Positions 39,353-49,541 of a DNA stretch of 64,000 bases are shown here, one piece after another. Both the position numbers and the translations under genes were made by a program. The DNA comes from Alphaproteobacteria bacterium (lineage in GTDB: Bacteria > Pseudomonadota > Alphaproteobacteria > Rs-D84), in NCBI GenBank assembly GCA_009784815.1, contig WQXN01000002.1:3586-67585 (forward strand), in the 5' to 3' direction. The notes beneath the pieces are model-generated. The model did not search any database and had not been told where the DNA came from. It saw only the letters and a list, made by a program, of their open reading frames with translations. The number at the start of each line of letters is the position of its first letter. Positions within the stretch are counted from its first letter, which is position 1.

Positions 39353-42300
39353 TCATTTTATGATGTCTACAGAAAATTTATGCCCTTCGATTTCGGTCTT
39401 TTGATTGCCGGCGGTGTCCACTCGTTTCATGTCGGTTACAAGCGCGCCTTCCATTATTCGCGCGCGGTGCGCCTCGACCGCCGCAGCCAACTCGTCGTCG
39501 CAGAAATATCCTATAACTATGCGGTCGGACACGTCCAAGTCCAGTGCCTTGCGTGAATCCTGAATAAACCGCAAAGCGTCGTTCGCCATGCCCTCGGCGA
39601 TAAGTTCCGGCGTGACGTTTGTGTCGATCGCTACCACGGCGGTGTTGTCGGGCAGGGCGGTTCCGGTGATTCCGTCTTTAACGTTCAAGCGCATCTCGAA
39701 CTCGTCGGGCAGCAAGCCGGCGGCGACTGGGTCGAACCCGGGTTTCTTGGACGCTGGTATTATCTCTTTCAGCTGCGAACCTATACGCGCCCCGATTTTC
39801 GGAGTGATCAAATACACGAACGAATCCGCAACCGCATCGACGTCTTTTGACAGCGCGACTTCTTTGACATTCATCTCGTCCTTTATTATGTCCATGAATT
39901 TGATTTCGTCGGCGCTTGCGATCGTAAGCTTGGCCAAGGGCAGTCGGTTTCTAAGCCTGGCGTTTTCACGCAGCATTTTTCCGGCGGCTATTATGCTTCG
40001 AACCTTGTCCATATCGGCTTCCAATTCGGCGTCGTGAATTATCAAAGACACATCCGGCCAGTCGGTCAGGTGCACGGACTCGGCGCCGGTCAAACCCTTG
40101 TATATATGGTCCGCGGTCATCGGCATGTACGGAGCCAGCGCGCGGCACATAGTGACAAGCACGGTGTATAAAGTGTCGAACGCTCCCTGATCTTTTCCGT
40201 CCCAGAAACGCGCGCGCGACCTGCGCACATACCAGTTGTTCAAACCTTCCATAAATTCGACGAACAGCGGCGAAGCTTCATTGATGCGCGACGCGTCGAG
40301 AAATTCTGTTGTCTTCTCGATCGTCGTGCGCATCTTGGACAATATGTACCTGTCCAGCACATCTTCGGCCTTTGTGATTTCCTTTGCATTTATTCCTTCG
40401 GCGTTGGCGTAAAGCGTAAAGAAGTAATAAGTGTTCCAAAGCGGAATTATTACCTGTCGCGCGGCCTTGTCGACGTCGGATCCGTCCGGGCTTACTGACA
40501 GCGTGCCGCCTGAAAGTATCGGCGAAGACATCTGGAACCACCGCAAACTGTCCGATCCGATCTTCTCGATAGTCTCCATGGGATCGGGGTAGTTGCGTTT
40601 TGATTTGGATAGTTTCTTTCCGTTTACGTCCACGACCACGCCGTGGCAGATGCCCGTCGTGAAAGGAACATTGTCGAACAAAGCGGCGGCCAGCACGATC
40701 ATGTTATAGAACCATCCGCGTGTCTGAGCGGCGTACTCGACTATGAAGTCGCCGGGGAAGTGCGTCTCGAACCAGTCCTTGTTTTCGAAAGGATAATGCA
40801 CGCTTGCGAACGGCATTGCGGCGGACTCGAACCAGCAGTCAAGCACGTCGGGTATGCGCCGCATCATGGACTTGCCCGAAGGATCGTCCGGGTTGGGGCG
40901 CGTCAGTTCATCGATATGCGGGCGGTGAAAGTTTGTGACTTTTGCTCCGAAATCTCGCTCTAACTCGGCGGTGCTTCCGTACACGTCGACGCGCGGATAA
41001 TCCGGATTGTCGGACTTCCATATCGGCATGGGCGCGCCGAAAAAACGACTGCGCGAGATCGCCCAAGGCCGCGCGCCTTCCAGCCACTTGCCCATCTGTC
41101 CGTCGCGTATGTGCGAAGGTATCCAGGTGATCTGTTTGTTAAGCTGAACCATGCGGTCGCGTATTTTCGGAATATCGATATACCAGCTGTTCAGCGGCAT
41201 GTTGATTAAAGGTACTCCGGTTCTCCAGCAGTGCGGATACATGTGGCGGTACTGCTCTTTTTTGATAAGAATTCCGCGCGCTTTCAAATCTCCGACGATA
41301 GGATCGACGGCGTCGAACACCAGCATTCCGGCATACGCTCCGACCTGTTTCGTGAAGCGTCCCTTCATGTCGACGGGCGCGTGCCACGATATGCCCTCGC
41401 GCTCCATGACTACCATGTCGTCCTCTCCGAAAGGAGCAAGATGCACGACCCCGGTGCCGTCGTCGGTGGTGACGAAATCTGCGGATACTATGCGGAACGC
41501 TCCGGGCGTATCGGCAAAGAAATCAAACATAGGTTTATATGTGCGCCCGGCCAGATCCGTTCCCTTGATGTTGCGAACAAATTCGGCTTTCTCTAGTTGT
41601 TGTTTATACCGTTCGCGCACGGCCTCGCCGATGATCAAATGTTTGCCGTCCAGCTCAAGAACGGAATACTCGATTTCTGGCCCGACGCACAGCGCGAAGT
41701 TCGAAACCAAAGTCCAAGGAGTTGTCGTCCAAGCAAGAACATAAGTCGGCTTTCCGTCGATCGGCTCGGACAGTTCGAACATTACGGTGACTGTCGTGTC
41801 TTCGCGCTCGCGGTAACTGTCATCCTGTTTTGTCTCCGAGTTCGACACGGTGCATTCGCCGCCATAGGAATACCAGATCGAGTGATTGCCTTCATATATA
41901 AGGCCCTTGTCATAGAATTGCTTGAACGCCCAGATGACGCTTTCCATGTACGAAGTGTCCATGGTGCGGTAAGTCCTGTCATATTCGACCCAGCGTCCCA
42001 TTCTTGTAAGAACTTTTTCCCACACTTCGACGTACATCTGAACTCGTTCCTGGCAAACTTCGTTGAATTCTTTTATTCCGTATTTGATGATTTCCGCGCG
42101 GCCCGATATTTTTAGATATTCTTGCGCTTCCAATTCTGCGGGAAGCCCGTGGCAGTCCCACCCGATATTTCTGGGTACGCGTTTACCTCGCATAGTCTGA
42201 TACCTGGGAACCAAATCCTTGACGTAAGAGGTTAATATGTGGCCGTAATGTGGCTTGCCGTTTCCGAAAGCGGGCCCATCGTAAAATATAAACTCGGGCG

Positions 42301-42430
42301 CGTTTGCGCGGTTGTCGATGGACTTTTTGAATATGTCATTGGCGGCCCAAAATCCCAGCATCTCGCGTTCGATCTTCGGGAAGTCCGGTTTGGCCGATAC
42401 TTCTGGATAATGTTTTGTCTTTGTCGTCAT
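39353..42430 (-). CDS. ileS: isoleucine--tRNA ligase (start at MTTKTKHYPEV)
   Basis: HIGH (PHYGH) and KMSKS (KLSKS) motifs, CP1 editing domain. Confidence 0.95.
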   Translation of the reverse strand: MTTKTKHYPEVSAKPDFPKIEREMLGFWAANDIFKKSIDNRANAPEFIFYDGPAFGNGKPHYGHILTSYVKDLVPRYQTMRGKRVPRNIGWDCHGLPAELEAQEYLKISGRAEIIKYGIKEFNEVCQERVQMYVEVWEKVLTRMGRWVEYDRTYRTMDTSYMESVIWAFKQFYDKGLIYEGNHSIWYSYGGECTVSNSETKQDDSYREREDTTVTVMFELSEPIDGKPTYVLAWTTTPWTLVSNFALCVGPEIEYSVLELDGKHLIIGEAVRERYKQQLEKAEFVRNIKGTDLAGRTYKPMFDFFADTPGAFRIVSADFVTTDDGTGVVHLAPFGEDDMVVMEREGISWHAPVDMKGRFTKQVGAYAGMLVFDAVDPIVGDLKARGILIKKEQYRHMYPHCWRTGVPLINMPLNSWYIDIPKIRDRMVQLNKQITWIPSHIRDGQMGKWLEGARPWAISRSRFFGAPMPIWKSDNPDYPRVDVYGSTAELERDFGAKVTNFHRPHIDELTRPNPDDPSGKSMMRRIPDVLDCWFESAAMPFASVHYPFENKDWFETHFPGDFIVEYAAQTRGWFYNMIVLAAALFDNVPFTTGICHGVVVDVNGKKLSKSKRNYPDPMETIEKIGSDSLRWFQMSSPILSGGTLSVSPDGSDVDKAARQVIIPLWNTYYFFTLYANAEGINAKEITKAEDVLDRYILSKMRTTIEKTTEFLDASRINEASPLFVEFMEGLNNWYVRRSRARFWDGKDQGAFDTLYTVLVTMCRALAPYMPMTADHIYKGLTGAESVHLTDWPDVSLIIHDAELEADMDKVRSIIAAGKMLRENARLRNRLPLAKLTIASADEIKFMDIIKDEMNVKEVALSKDVDAVADSFVYLITPKIGARIGSQLKEIIPASKKPGFDPVAAGLLPDEFEMRLNVKDGITGTALPDNTAVVAIDTNVTPELIAEGMANDALRFIQDSRKALDLDVSDRIVIGYFCDDELAAAVEAHRARIMEGALVTDMKRVDTAGNQKTEIEGHKFSVDIIK

Positions 42431-42644
42431 TTCACCTGCTCCTTTTTCAGCAAAAAATAATGGGCGCATACGCGCCCCAGCATGCCGCCAAAGCGCATGA
42501 CCGGTTATTCTATGATAATTATGTTTTTGTTGTTCATGGCAAGCATTATATATAATGGAAAATAAAATTTCAAGCACTACTTTCTTCTGCTTGCAAACTG
42601 CCGCAAAAATCCCTATGGTAAGCCTAAGACATAGTAGATGCTAA

Positions 42645-43142
42645 ATGAAAATTCTGGCGGCCCTTTTTATCCTTACAATCCTATCGCTGCCCGCGTTCGC
42701 GGCGGCCAGAATTCCACCGCTTAACGCTGACGCGACAGTCGACCGCATAATAGACGGTGACACCTTTGTCGCGACCCTGACTCTGGAAAACGGCGCAAGG
42801 GTAGGGGTGCGGGTAAGATTTATGGAAATTGACGCTCCCGAACTGTCCGGCGACTGCGAGCGTGAACGGCAAATGGCCCAAGCTTCCAAAGTCCGACTTG
42901 GCGAAATCGTTCCGATCGGCAGCACGGTGACATTAACAGAAATCAAAGACGATAAATACCAAGGCAGAATAAACGCGTACGTTTTTGTTGGCGACCTAGA
43001 CGTCGGCGCAAAAATGATCGCGGAAAACCACGCAATTCCATACGGCGGAGGGCGCCGAAGCCCATGGTGCACAGACCAAGAAATAGCCGCCGAACAAAAA
43101 AGAGTCCTTCTGTCTATACATAATGCCAATACAATTAAATAG
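42645..43142 (+). CDS. secreted thermonuclease (SNase-like) family protein
   Basis: Signal peptide; IDGDTF...VRFMEIDAPE motif. Confidence 0.65.
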   Translation: MKILAALFILTILSLPAFAAARIPPLNADATVDRIIDGDTFVATLTLENGARVGVRVRFMEIDAPELSGDCERERQMAQASKVRLGEIVPIGSTVTLTEIKDDKYQGRINAYVFVGDLDVGAKMIAENHAIPYGGGRRSPWCTDQEIAAEQKRVLLSIHNANTIK

Positions 43143-43199
43143 CGCTTGACTAAAATCCCAAAAATGTAAACAATCCAAAGTCAATTTTAAGGGACAGAA

Positions 43200-43436
43200 A
43201 TGAAAGTTACTACTAATATAAGCAATTCATTAAGCCAAATCCTGGCCGATCCGCGCGTGCTCAATGATAAAACAGGGACCGAAGCGTATGCAAGACCAAT
43301 AGTAAGCGCCAATACCGTCGCAGACATGACGCCTGAAAAACTGGCCTTAAGGAATGAGGCCATCAAAAAAGAATTCGCCGGGCTTCCCCGTACCACTGCA
43401 TACGCATTACGCGCTTATGCTTTTCATCAAATCTAA
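43200..43436 (+). CDS. hypothetical protein
   Basis: 78-aa ORF. Confidence 0.3.
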   Translation: MKVTTNISNSLSQILADPRVLNDKTGTEAYARPIVSANTVADMTPEKLALRNEAIKKEFAGLPRTTAYALRAYAFHQI

Positions 43437-43478
43437 GATTTGCACCGTTTTAATTCTTATATTGATTGTCCGGGAAAA

Positions 43479-44072
43479 ATGCTATACTCCGCCATGCTTC
43501 GTAAAATCGTCATATTCGTTGCGCTGACTATCGCTCCGTTAGCGGTCCGTGCCGCAAATCCGATATTCGGTGATTTTCAAAACCAGTTCCGCGCGGATAT
43601 AACCTGGCAAGTGGATCATTACGCCGCCGCGGTGCGTAATTTCGTCATAGGCTACGCGCAACCTAATACGTTCTTTCGGCTTCCTGGCCGCCGCAGTATC
43701 CACTTGGGCTATATGGCCGGGACTACGCATTGGTGGGCAATCGAGCCGACAGACCCGAACGCCCGCGGCAAAAAAATTGAAAAGCGGTGTCAGCATCGCA
43801 GTATCTCAACCGCGATGGCGGGCTTTATGCAGGACCTGGTGTTTCTAAGCGCGTATAATTTTTACCTTGGCGCCGGCATAGGGCCCTATGTTAAAGATCA
43901 CAGACGCGACTTCGTCCAAACCAACCTTATTATAGGCGAGCGAGCTTTCCTAGGCTACCGGTTCGAACGGTTCAACGTCGAACTGATCGCAAGTCATTTT
44001 TCGAACGGGCATCTGTCGTTGCTTAATCGCGGCATAAACAGCGTTGGCCTTGGCGTAACATGGAATTTTTAA
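43479..44072 (+). CDS. PagL-like lipid A deacylase / acyloxyacyl hydrolase family outer-membrane protein
   Basis: Signal peptide; HFSNG catalytic-type motif; C-terminal GVTWNF beta-barrel signature. Confidence 0.5.
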   Translation: MLYSAMLRKIVIFVALTIAPLAVRAANPIFGDFQNQFRADITWQVDHYAAAVRNFVIGYAQPNTFFRLPGRRSIHLGYMAGTTHWWAIEPTDPNARGKKIEKRCQHRSISTAMAGFMQDLVFLSAYNFYLGAGIGPYVKDHRRDFVQTNLIIGERAFLGYRFERFNVELIASHFSNGHLSLLNRGINSVGLGVTWNF

Positions 44073-44082
44073 GGAGATCTGA

Positions 44083-44646
44083 ATGAGAAAACTAATGGCA
44101 ATAATATTTGCGATCGCAATATCCGCGCCCGCGTTCGCCGATCGTCCGAATCCGTTTTTCTTCGGTGACACGCAGAACCAGATGGGCGTTCAATTGGGCC
44201 AAAGCGCGGGGCCGGGCGCGATCCTGACGATAATTCCTGGCAACGGCTGGGACCTTGAACCGTTTCAAGTGATCGCGCTTCAGTACAGTCAACCGACCGA
44301 GTTTTTTAGACTACCCGCGCGCCTAAACCTGCACGCCGGATTCTTCGTGGCCTGGAACAACATGGCCGATGATTACAATGATCCCTTCGCGGGCGCGTCA
44401 TTGGACGTGGCTTTTTTCCAGTGGGATGATTTTTATCTTGGTGCGGGGCTTGGCGGATATATCAAGCCGACTTACGACGGCCGCATGGATTCGCTGTTGA
44501 TGTTCGGTACGAAAATATTTTTGGGATACAGGTTTGCGGATCTATGGTCGGTGGAAATATACAGCCAGCACATGGACAACGCGGGCCTGATGGCCGTCAA
44601 CGGAGGCTATAACTTCTTCGGCCTTCAGGTATTACGGAATTTTTAA
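44083..44646 (+). CDS. PagL-like outer-membrane protein, tandem paralog
   Basis: Same architecture (HMDNAG, ...VLRNF terminal Phe); shared FFRLP / YLGAG(I/L)G blocks with upstream paralog. Confidence 0.5.
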   Translation: MRKLMAIIFAIAISAPAFADRPNPFFFGDTQNQMGVQLGQSAGPGAILTIIPGNGWDLEPFQVIALQYSQPTEFFRLPARLNLHAGFFVAWNNMADDYNDPFAGASLDVAFFQWDDFYLGAGLGGYIKPTYDGRMDSLLMFGTKIFLGYRFADLWSVEIYSQHMDNAGLMAVNGGYNFFGLQVLRNF

Positions 44647-45437
44647 CCGCGAACTCCGAAAGAATTGCCGCTTTCATATCGCTTTAATCCGCGATAAAAG
44701 AACCAAACTGAAAACATAAAGAACGCGGTTGTGACGCCTATCAGAGTCAGCGCGGTGCTCCATTTTGGATTGCTCACCAATTCCACTGGAAGGAAAGTCA
44801 GTGCGCCTGCCGGGATCAAGAACGTCAAGGCTAACCGTACATTCCCGGTATAGATCGATCCGGGTCGGGTTGAAATAGTCAATAACGAGTTTATGACCTG
44901 TCCGCACCAGCCTTCTGCGTCTTTCAGCCAGAACGCTAACGATCCGGCGAATACTCCTATCGCGAAGAATGTTAAAAACGCGGTCAAAGCGCAAATTAGT
45001 ACAAGCCCGGCGGTCTGCCATGTTGTGAATCCACTCCATATTACGAATGCGATTCCCATGATCAAATCCCCCATGGCCGAAGGGTGTGACCTTGATCCCG
45101 CGACGTTCAGTAATATGTTTTTGGGTTGCAATATGAATGTGTCCAGTTCTCCGCGGTCTATTATTCCTGCCAACACGTCGCCGATTCCGCGAAAGCAGAA
45201 CGAGTACACAGCATACCCGATCATGAAAAATCCTGTCATCAGTATAAAGTGGTTTACGTTCCAGCCGTTGATCTCGCGGAACATATAGAACACTATCGCC
45301 CAAGATACGAACAACAGCACGTTGTTGACTGCCATGAACAGTACTTCGATTATGAAGTTAAGTTTAAGTGAAACCGCCGAGGACACGTTCGTCTTCATAA
45401 GCTTCCAGAAAAATCGCCAAGTCGGTTTAATTGCCAT
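44643..45437 (-). CDS. ABC-2 family transporter permease
   Basis: 264 aa, 6 TM. Confidence 0.5.
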   Translation of the reverse strand: MAIKPTWRFFWKLMKTNVSSAVSLKLNFIIEVLFMAVNNVLLFVSWAIVFYMFREINGWNVNHFILMTGFFMIGYAVYSFCFRGIGDVLAGIIDRGELDTFILQPKNILLNVAGSRSHPSAMGDLIMGIAFVIWSGFTTWQTAGLVLICALTAFLTFFAIGVFAGSLAFWLKDAEGWCGQVINSLLTISTRPGSIYTGNVRLALTFLIPAGALTFLPVELVSNPKWSTALTLIGVTTAFFMFSVWFFYRGLKRYESGNSFGVRG

Positions 45438-46197
45438 TTACGCTCACCTTTTTAATCAAAGCTGCGAACAGTCGGTTCGCAAGCAGGAATAATATTCCGC
45501 ACCACATGGCCAAATGCGCAGCCGTAAGTCCGGCCGCTGCCCATGAAAATTCGTAGGTAAGGCGCGATATTTCGTAAAGTGCCCATGGGAATGGGGTCCA
45601 ATAAGCAATGTTTGTCATAAATTGCGGATACACGGTAAGCGGAAAGAACAAGCCTCCGAAAAGGACCAGCAGTTTGTTCCATATTATGTAGATCGATTCG
45701 GTTTGCTGCATGTAAATACCAAGAAGGCTAATCACTACCTGCGCCAGAATTGCGAAAAACCCCGACATGATCATAAGAACAAAAATTATTCCTATGCCTT
45801 GCGGGGTGCTGGGCCAGCCTCCGCCTAAAATATATGATATAGCGATTCCGCCCGTCATTATGATCGGTAGTCGCGCACAGAACGATCCAAAATTTTCGGA
45901 TATCTTCTGGCTTAGATACGTGAATGGCCTCATAAGCGAATACCCTATGTTTCCAGTGCGTATGTCGTTCTGTATCTTAACCCTAAGCTTTTCATCTATC
46001 GAAAATATTATTGTTTCGCCCATCACGACATACCATACCATGTCCGCGGGCGCGAATCCCTGGTATCCTATCACAAGCCAAAGCTGCAAAGTGACGAACG
46101 CGACTACCGCAAGGAACAACAGCCTAAAGGCCATGATTGTTGGATTGCGCCATTGGTCTTCTGCCGCGGTCTTGAAAAACAACCAAAACTTTTTCAT
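45427..46197 (-). CDS. ABC-2 family transporter permease
   Basis: 256 aa, 6 TM; overlaps neighbours. Confidence 0.5.
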   Translation of the reverse strand: MKKFWLFFKTAAEDQWRNPTIMAFRLLFLAVVAFVTLQLWLVIGYQGFAPADMVWYVVMGETIIFSIDEKLRVKIQNDIRTGNIGYSLMRPFTYLSQKISENFGSFCARLPIIMTGGIAISYILGGGWPSTPQGIGIIFVLMIMSGFFAILAQVVISLLGIYMQQTESIYIIWNKLLVLFGGLFFPLTVYPQFMTNIAYWTPFPWALYEISRLTYEFSWAAAGLTAAHLAMWCGILFLLANRLFAALIKKVSVNGN

Positions 46198-47019
46198 TTC
46201 GAATATATGTCCCGTATTATTTCTTCCATGCTTGGTTCTTCTATCGATATGTCGGCGATCGCTTCCTTTTCGATTATTTCGCCCAAAGCCTTTTGAAGCG
46301 AAACGTCCCTGGTGTCGATTTCAAATCTTGATACTTGTCCCTTGGCGGTCGTGGCCGTGATGACTTTTTTCGACGGATACGTGGATTTTAATTTTTGAAT
46401 GCTTTCGTCTATTACGATTTTTCCGTGGTTTATTATGATCGCGCGCGTGCAGACGTCTTCTATATCTCCCGCATCGTGTGAAGTAAGGATTATAGTCGTA
46501 TCCTCCCTCTTGTTCATGTCTTTCAATACCTGCCGGATTTTGGCTTTGGCGACGACATCAAGGCCGATTGTGGGTTCGTCCAAAAATAAAACCTTCGGAT
46601 TGTGGAGTAGGGAGGCAACGATTTCGCACCGCATGCGTTCGCCAAGTGAAAAGGTGCGGACGGGACGATCCATAAGCTCGTCTATTTCGAAAATTTTCAC
46701 CAAGTCTTTAAGACGTTTTCTGAACGTCGAATCCGGTATGTTGTAGACGGCCGCCAGCAGTTCAAAGCTTTTGATCGGCGACAAATGCTGCCAAAGTTGG
46801 GAACGTTGTCCGAACACTGCGCCAATATTATACGTCAGCGTTTTTCTATCTTCCCATGGCGTAAGGCCGAATACGTTCGCCTTGCTTTATGCGGAACGAT
46901 AGTTTGTCGACGGCCTTTTTGATTTTGTATTTAGGAAAAAATATCGACCGCAAAAATCCTTGCTTCTTCTTTATGCGGAAGTACTTTGATAGGTTTTTAA
47001 CTTCTATTGCGTAAGACAT
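46194..47019 (-). pseudogene. ABC transporter ATP-binding protein disrupted by deletion + frameshift that removes Walker A
   Basis: N-terminal frame MSYAIEVKNLSKYF...LSFRIKQGE then RIRPYAMGR-stop at ~46855. The C-terminal frame (46194-46817) carries signature/Walker B ([32 protein letters not shown]) and H-loop. No GxxGxGKT anywhere. Confidence 0.55.
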
Positions 47020-47045
47020 GGCGAATCCTTGAAATGACTGCCGTT

Positions 47046-47075
47046 ATCCTACCCCCCCCCTCAAATATAAGTCAA
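47046..47075 (-). promoter_or_regulatory. Promoter cassette (minus) TTGACT-tatatttga-G9-TAGGAT (spacer 18 nt)
   Basis: C9 at 47052-47060; AGTCAA at 47070-47075. Confidence 0.45.
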
Positions 47076-47090
47076 GATGTAATTAGTCAA

Positions 47091-47303
47091 TTATCTGACT
47101 GCTTGTGCGGTTGCCACGGCAAAGCGATCTTTTGCTGTCTGCAGCCTTAATTCAAAAATCTCAATAAAAAATTCCTTAAGTACGGTAGCTGTCTGCGCGT
47201 CCATATTTGCCGAGTTTTTAATAAATTCAAAATCCTTATTAATATCCGCCTGCGCCTTATCGCAATCCGCCAAGAATATTTCTGTTGCTTGTTTTTCTGT
47301 CAT
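47091..47303 (-). CDS. small hypothetical protein (70 aa from MTEKQATEIF). The six-frame ORF N-terminus MGGGRLAL is translation of the promoter G tract.
   Basis: ORF behind poly-G cassette. Confidence 0.4.
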   Translation of the reverse strand: MTEKQATEIFLADCDKAQADINKDFEFIKNSANMDAQTATVLKEFFIEIFELRLQTAKDRFAVATAQAVR

Positions 47304-47337
47304 CTGATTTGCCTTTATATACGGGTTTCGCAGTGCC

Positions 47338-47367
47338 AGTCTACCCCCCCCCATTTCATTTTGTCAA
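47338..47367 (-). promoter_or_regulatory. Promoter cassette (minus) TTGACA-aaatgaaat-G9-TAGACT (spacer 18 nt)
   Basis: C9 at 47344-47352; TGTCAA at 47362-47367. Confidence 0.5.
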
Positions 47368-47374
47368 GCATAAA

Positions 47375-48004
47375 TTAAAGGGCTGGCGAAATCCGAATCT
47401 CGACCCGTCGGTTCATACGGCGGCCGGCTTCGGTGTTCTGTTCGGCGATCGGCCGGCTTGCGCCGCGTCCCTGTACGAACATTCGATAAGTATTAACTCG
47501 GTTCTGAGCCATAAATACCGCAACCCTCTCAGCCATGTCGAAACTAAGCCGTTGGTTTGTTTCCGTGTTCGGAGAATTGTCGGAATAACCGGTGATCTCG
47601 ATAAAAGTCATGTGATGAGTGCGCAAAATCCGGGAAAGATTTCCCAAAACTTCGACACCCTGGGCCGATATTTCGGGGGCGTCATACTGCATGAATACGT
47701 CGCGCATTATGACCGCCAATACGTCGCGCCCGACGCGCTGAATCTGAATTCCGGGCTGGCGCAGGTTTTCGTTCAACTCGAACTCGATTCGTGACATATA
47801 TTCTTCGGCGCGATCGCTTTGCAAAAGCTTTCCGCCGGACTGAAGATACATTGGCCGCTTGGCGACTTTGGCCGTCTCGGACATTACGCCAAAAGATGCT
47901 CCGCGCAACAGACTATCCCACACGCTCCGCGGAGGGCTGATATAGGGCTGCGCGCAGCTGCCTACAATCACCGCGGCTATCAATGTAAGTATGAATTTTT
48001 TCAT
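47375..48004 (-). CDS. OmpA-family / Pal-like peptidoglycan-associated lipoprotein
   Basis: Lipobox VGSC; C-terminal OmpA-like domain (TGYSDNSPNTETNQRLSFDMAERVA...NRRVEIRI). Confidence 0.7.
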   Translation of the reverse strand: MKKFILTLIAAVIVGSCAQPYISPPRSVWDSLLRGASFGVMSETAKVAKRPMYLQSGGKLLQSDRAEEYMSRIEFELNENLRQPGIQIQRVGRDVLAVIMRDVFMQYDAPEISAQGVEVLGNLSRILRTHHMTFIEITGYSDNSPNTETNQRLSFDMAERVAVFMAQNRVNTYRMFVQGRGASRPIAEQNTEAGRRMNRRVEIRISPAL

Positions 48005-48075
48005 GGTACGCGTATTATAGCGGTAAAAAATATCCTGGTCAAGACCAGGATATTTTCACAAGTTCTGATTATATT

Positions 48076-48816
48076 TTAGAACTGTATGCCGAACCTGGCT
48101 CCGACTATCCAGCCGCCGTCGATCGAGGCGATTTTGCTGCCGTCGTAATATACGTTGGTGTCAAGTTCGCTGGTGATATACGGCATGACCGCGACATTTG
48201 GCTTCCACGCATATACTACTCCGAAAGTCAGGTTCTTGGAATAAATCCACCAGGCCTTGTCGCCAAGCGACAATCCGTCTTCGGATTCTCTGTCGATCTG
48301 ATAATTGAACTGTCCAAGCAGGCTCCATTTCGAGTCTATCTTGTACATCGCCTGCGCCATAAGCGAAGTCCTCAGTTCGACCGAATCATCAAAATCGTCG
48401 AACGAGGTATAGCGGAACATACCCGAAACTCCCCATTGCCAGTCTTTGCTGATCGTGCCATAAGCGCTGACTCCGACTGCGGCCGACAAATCTTCTTTGT
48501 TAAGGTCGGCGGTCGCGATTAAATCCAATCCGAATTTCTTGTCGTTCACCATCTGCCAGTTGACTCCGACGGCTGGGCGGGTGCGTCCTTCCTGAATGAA
48601 CACGTTAAAGTTGTCGGTGATGCCGTAGGTCAGATCATCTGTGCCTAGGCGGAAATTTCCGTCGGTGGCAAGAAAATCGCCCGAAGCATAGCTGATGTCA
48701 ACTATGGTGTTGAACTTTCCGGCTTTGGTGCGGAATGTGGGATCGAACACGGTCATCGCGTTCGCGGCTGTCGCTGTCGCCAGGACTATTGCGGATGCTG
48801 CTATTATTTTATTCAT
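48076..48816 (-). CDS. outer-membrane beta-barrel protein
   Basis: Signal peptide, alternating amphipathic strands, C-terminal ...GARFGIQF. Confidence 0.5.
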   Translation of the reverse strand: MNKIIAASAIVLATATAANAMTVFDPTFRTKAGKFNTIVDISYASGDFLATDGNFRLGTDDLTYGITDNFNVFIQEGRTRPAVGVNWQMVNDKKFGLDLIATADLNKEDLSAAVGVSAYGTISKDWQWGVSGMFRYTSFDDFDDSVELRTSLMAQAMYKIDSKWSLLGQFNYQIDRESEDGLSLGDKAWWIYSKNLTFGVVYAWKPNVAVMPYITSELDTNVYYDGSKIASIDGGWIVGARFGIQF

Positions 48817-48900
48817 AGAGGTTTCTCCTTTTATTAGTTGGGCCGGATTTTTTGCCGGCCCAACAGTCTAATAGGATCAACTCCCTATCGTCAAGCTAAT

Positions 48901-49476
48901 TTACATGCCAAGGAAACTTCTCTCTCTCAGCATTCCCCATCCGACGGAAATTTCTTCGCCCTGGGCGTTTTCGCGGCGCAATACTATCTTGGCTCCGTCA
49001 AGCTCGGCGGCGGTCAATCCCGTTATAAGGAAGCTTGTGCGCGCTTCGCCCTTGGCGGTGCTTTTCAAAGTCGGCATAGTTGCGCGCATATTGACCTTTT
49101 CGCAATTTTTGGTCTTTTTGGCCCGTTTTTCTGCTCGCTGTTCCTTTGTCGCCTCTTTCCATTTTTTCTTGTCTATCTTGCAATCGCTCATGTCGTAAAT
49201 TACGACTTGATATTCGGTGTTTGGGCGCAGGTCTTTCAATTCCATGTGCATCCTCAGTCCGCTCTCGCGTTCGGCGAAAGTTATGTGTCCCATCTCGGTT
49301 TTATGATCGCGTTTTTGGAACATGCGCGCCCTTACGCGGGTTACTTCGTCGCCCTGATGAGTCTGCACATACTCGACTCGTTTTCCGCGGTCGTGGCTTC
49401 GGTGGCATCCTCCGAATCCGACGGCTATCGCCGCGACGGCGGTTATCATTGAAAGTGTTTTAATGTATTTGTTCAT
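48901..49476 (-). CDS. lipoprotein, possibly Cu/Zn-superoxide-dismutase-like fold (weak)
   Basis: Lipobox FGGC; Lys-rich internal segment; SodC-like beta pattern is only tentative. Confidence 0.3.
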   Translation of the reverse strand: MNKYIKTLSMITAVAAIAVGFGGCHRSHDRGKRVEYVQTHQGDEVTRVRARMFQKRDHKTEMGHITFAERESGLRMHMELKDLRPNTEYQVVIYDMSDCKIDKKKWKEATKEQRAEKRAKKTKNCEKVNMRATMPTLKSTAKGEARTSFLITGLTAAELDGAKIVLRRENAQGEEISVGWGMLRERSFLGM

Positions 49477-49541
49477 AAGGTCTCTCCTTTTTTGTTTATG
49501 ACCTTATTGTATCGCACTTTTTGCGATTTTTCTTTAGGAGG

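Noticed and set aside
39588-42115. Several plus-strand ORFs (149-197 aa)
   Set aside because: Antisense to ileS.
47304-47354. N-terminal extension MGGGRLALRNPYIKANQ of ORF 47091..47354
   Set aside because: The GGG codons are the promoter poly-G tract itself. The real start is taken at the internal ATG (MTEKQ), downstream of the -10 box.
48838-49452. 204-aa plus-strand ORF
   Set aside because: Antisense to the lipoprotein gene 48901..49476(-), which has a lipobox signal peptide.
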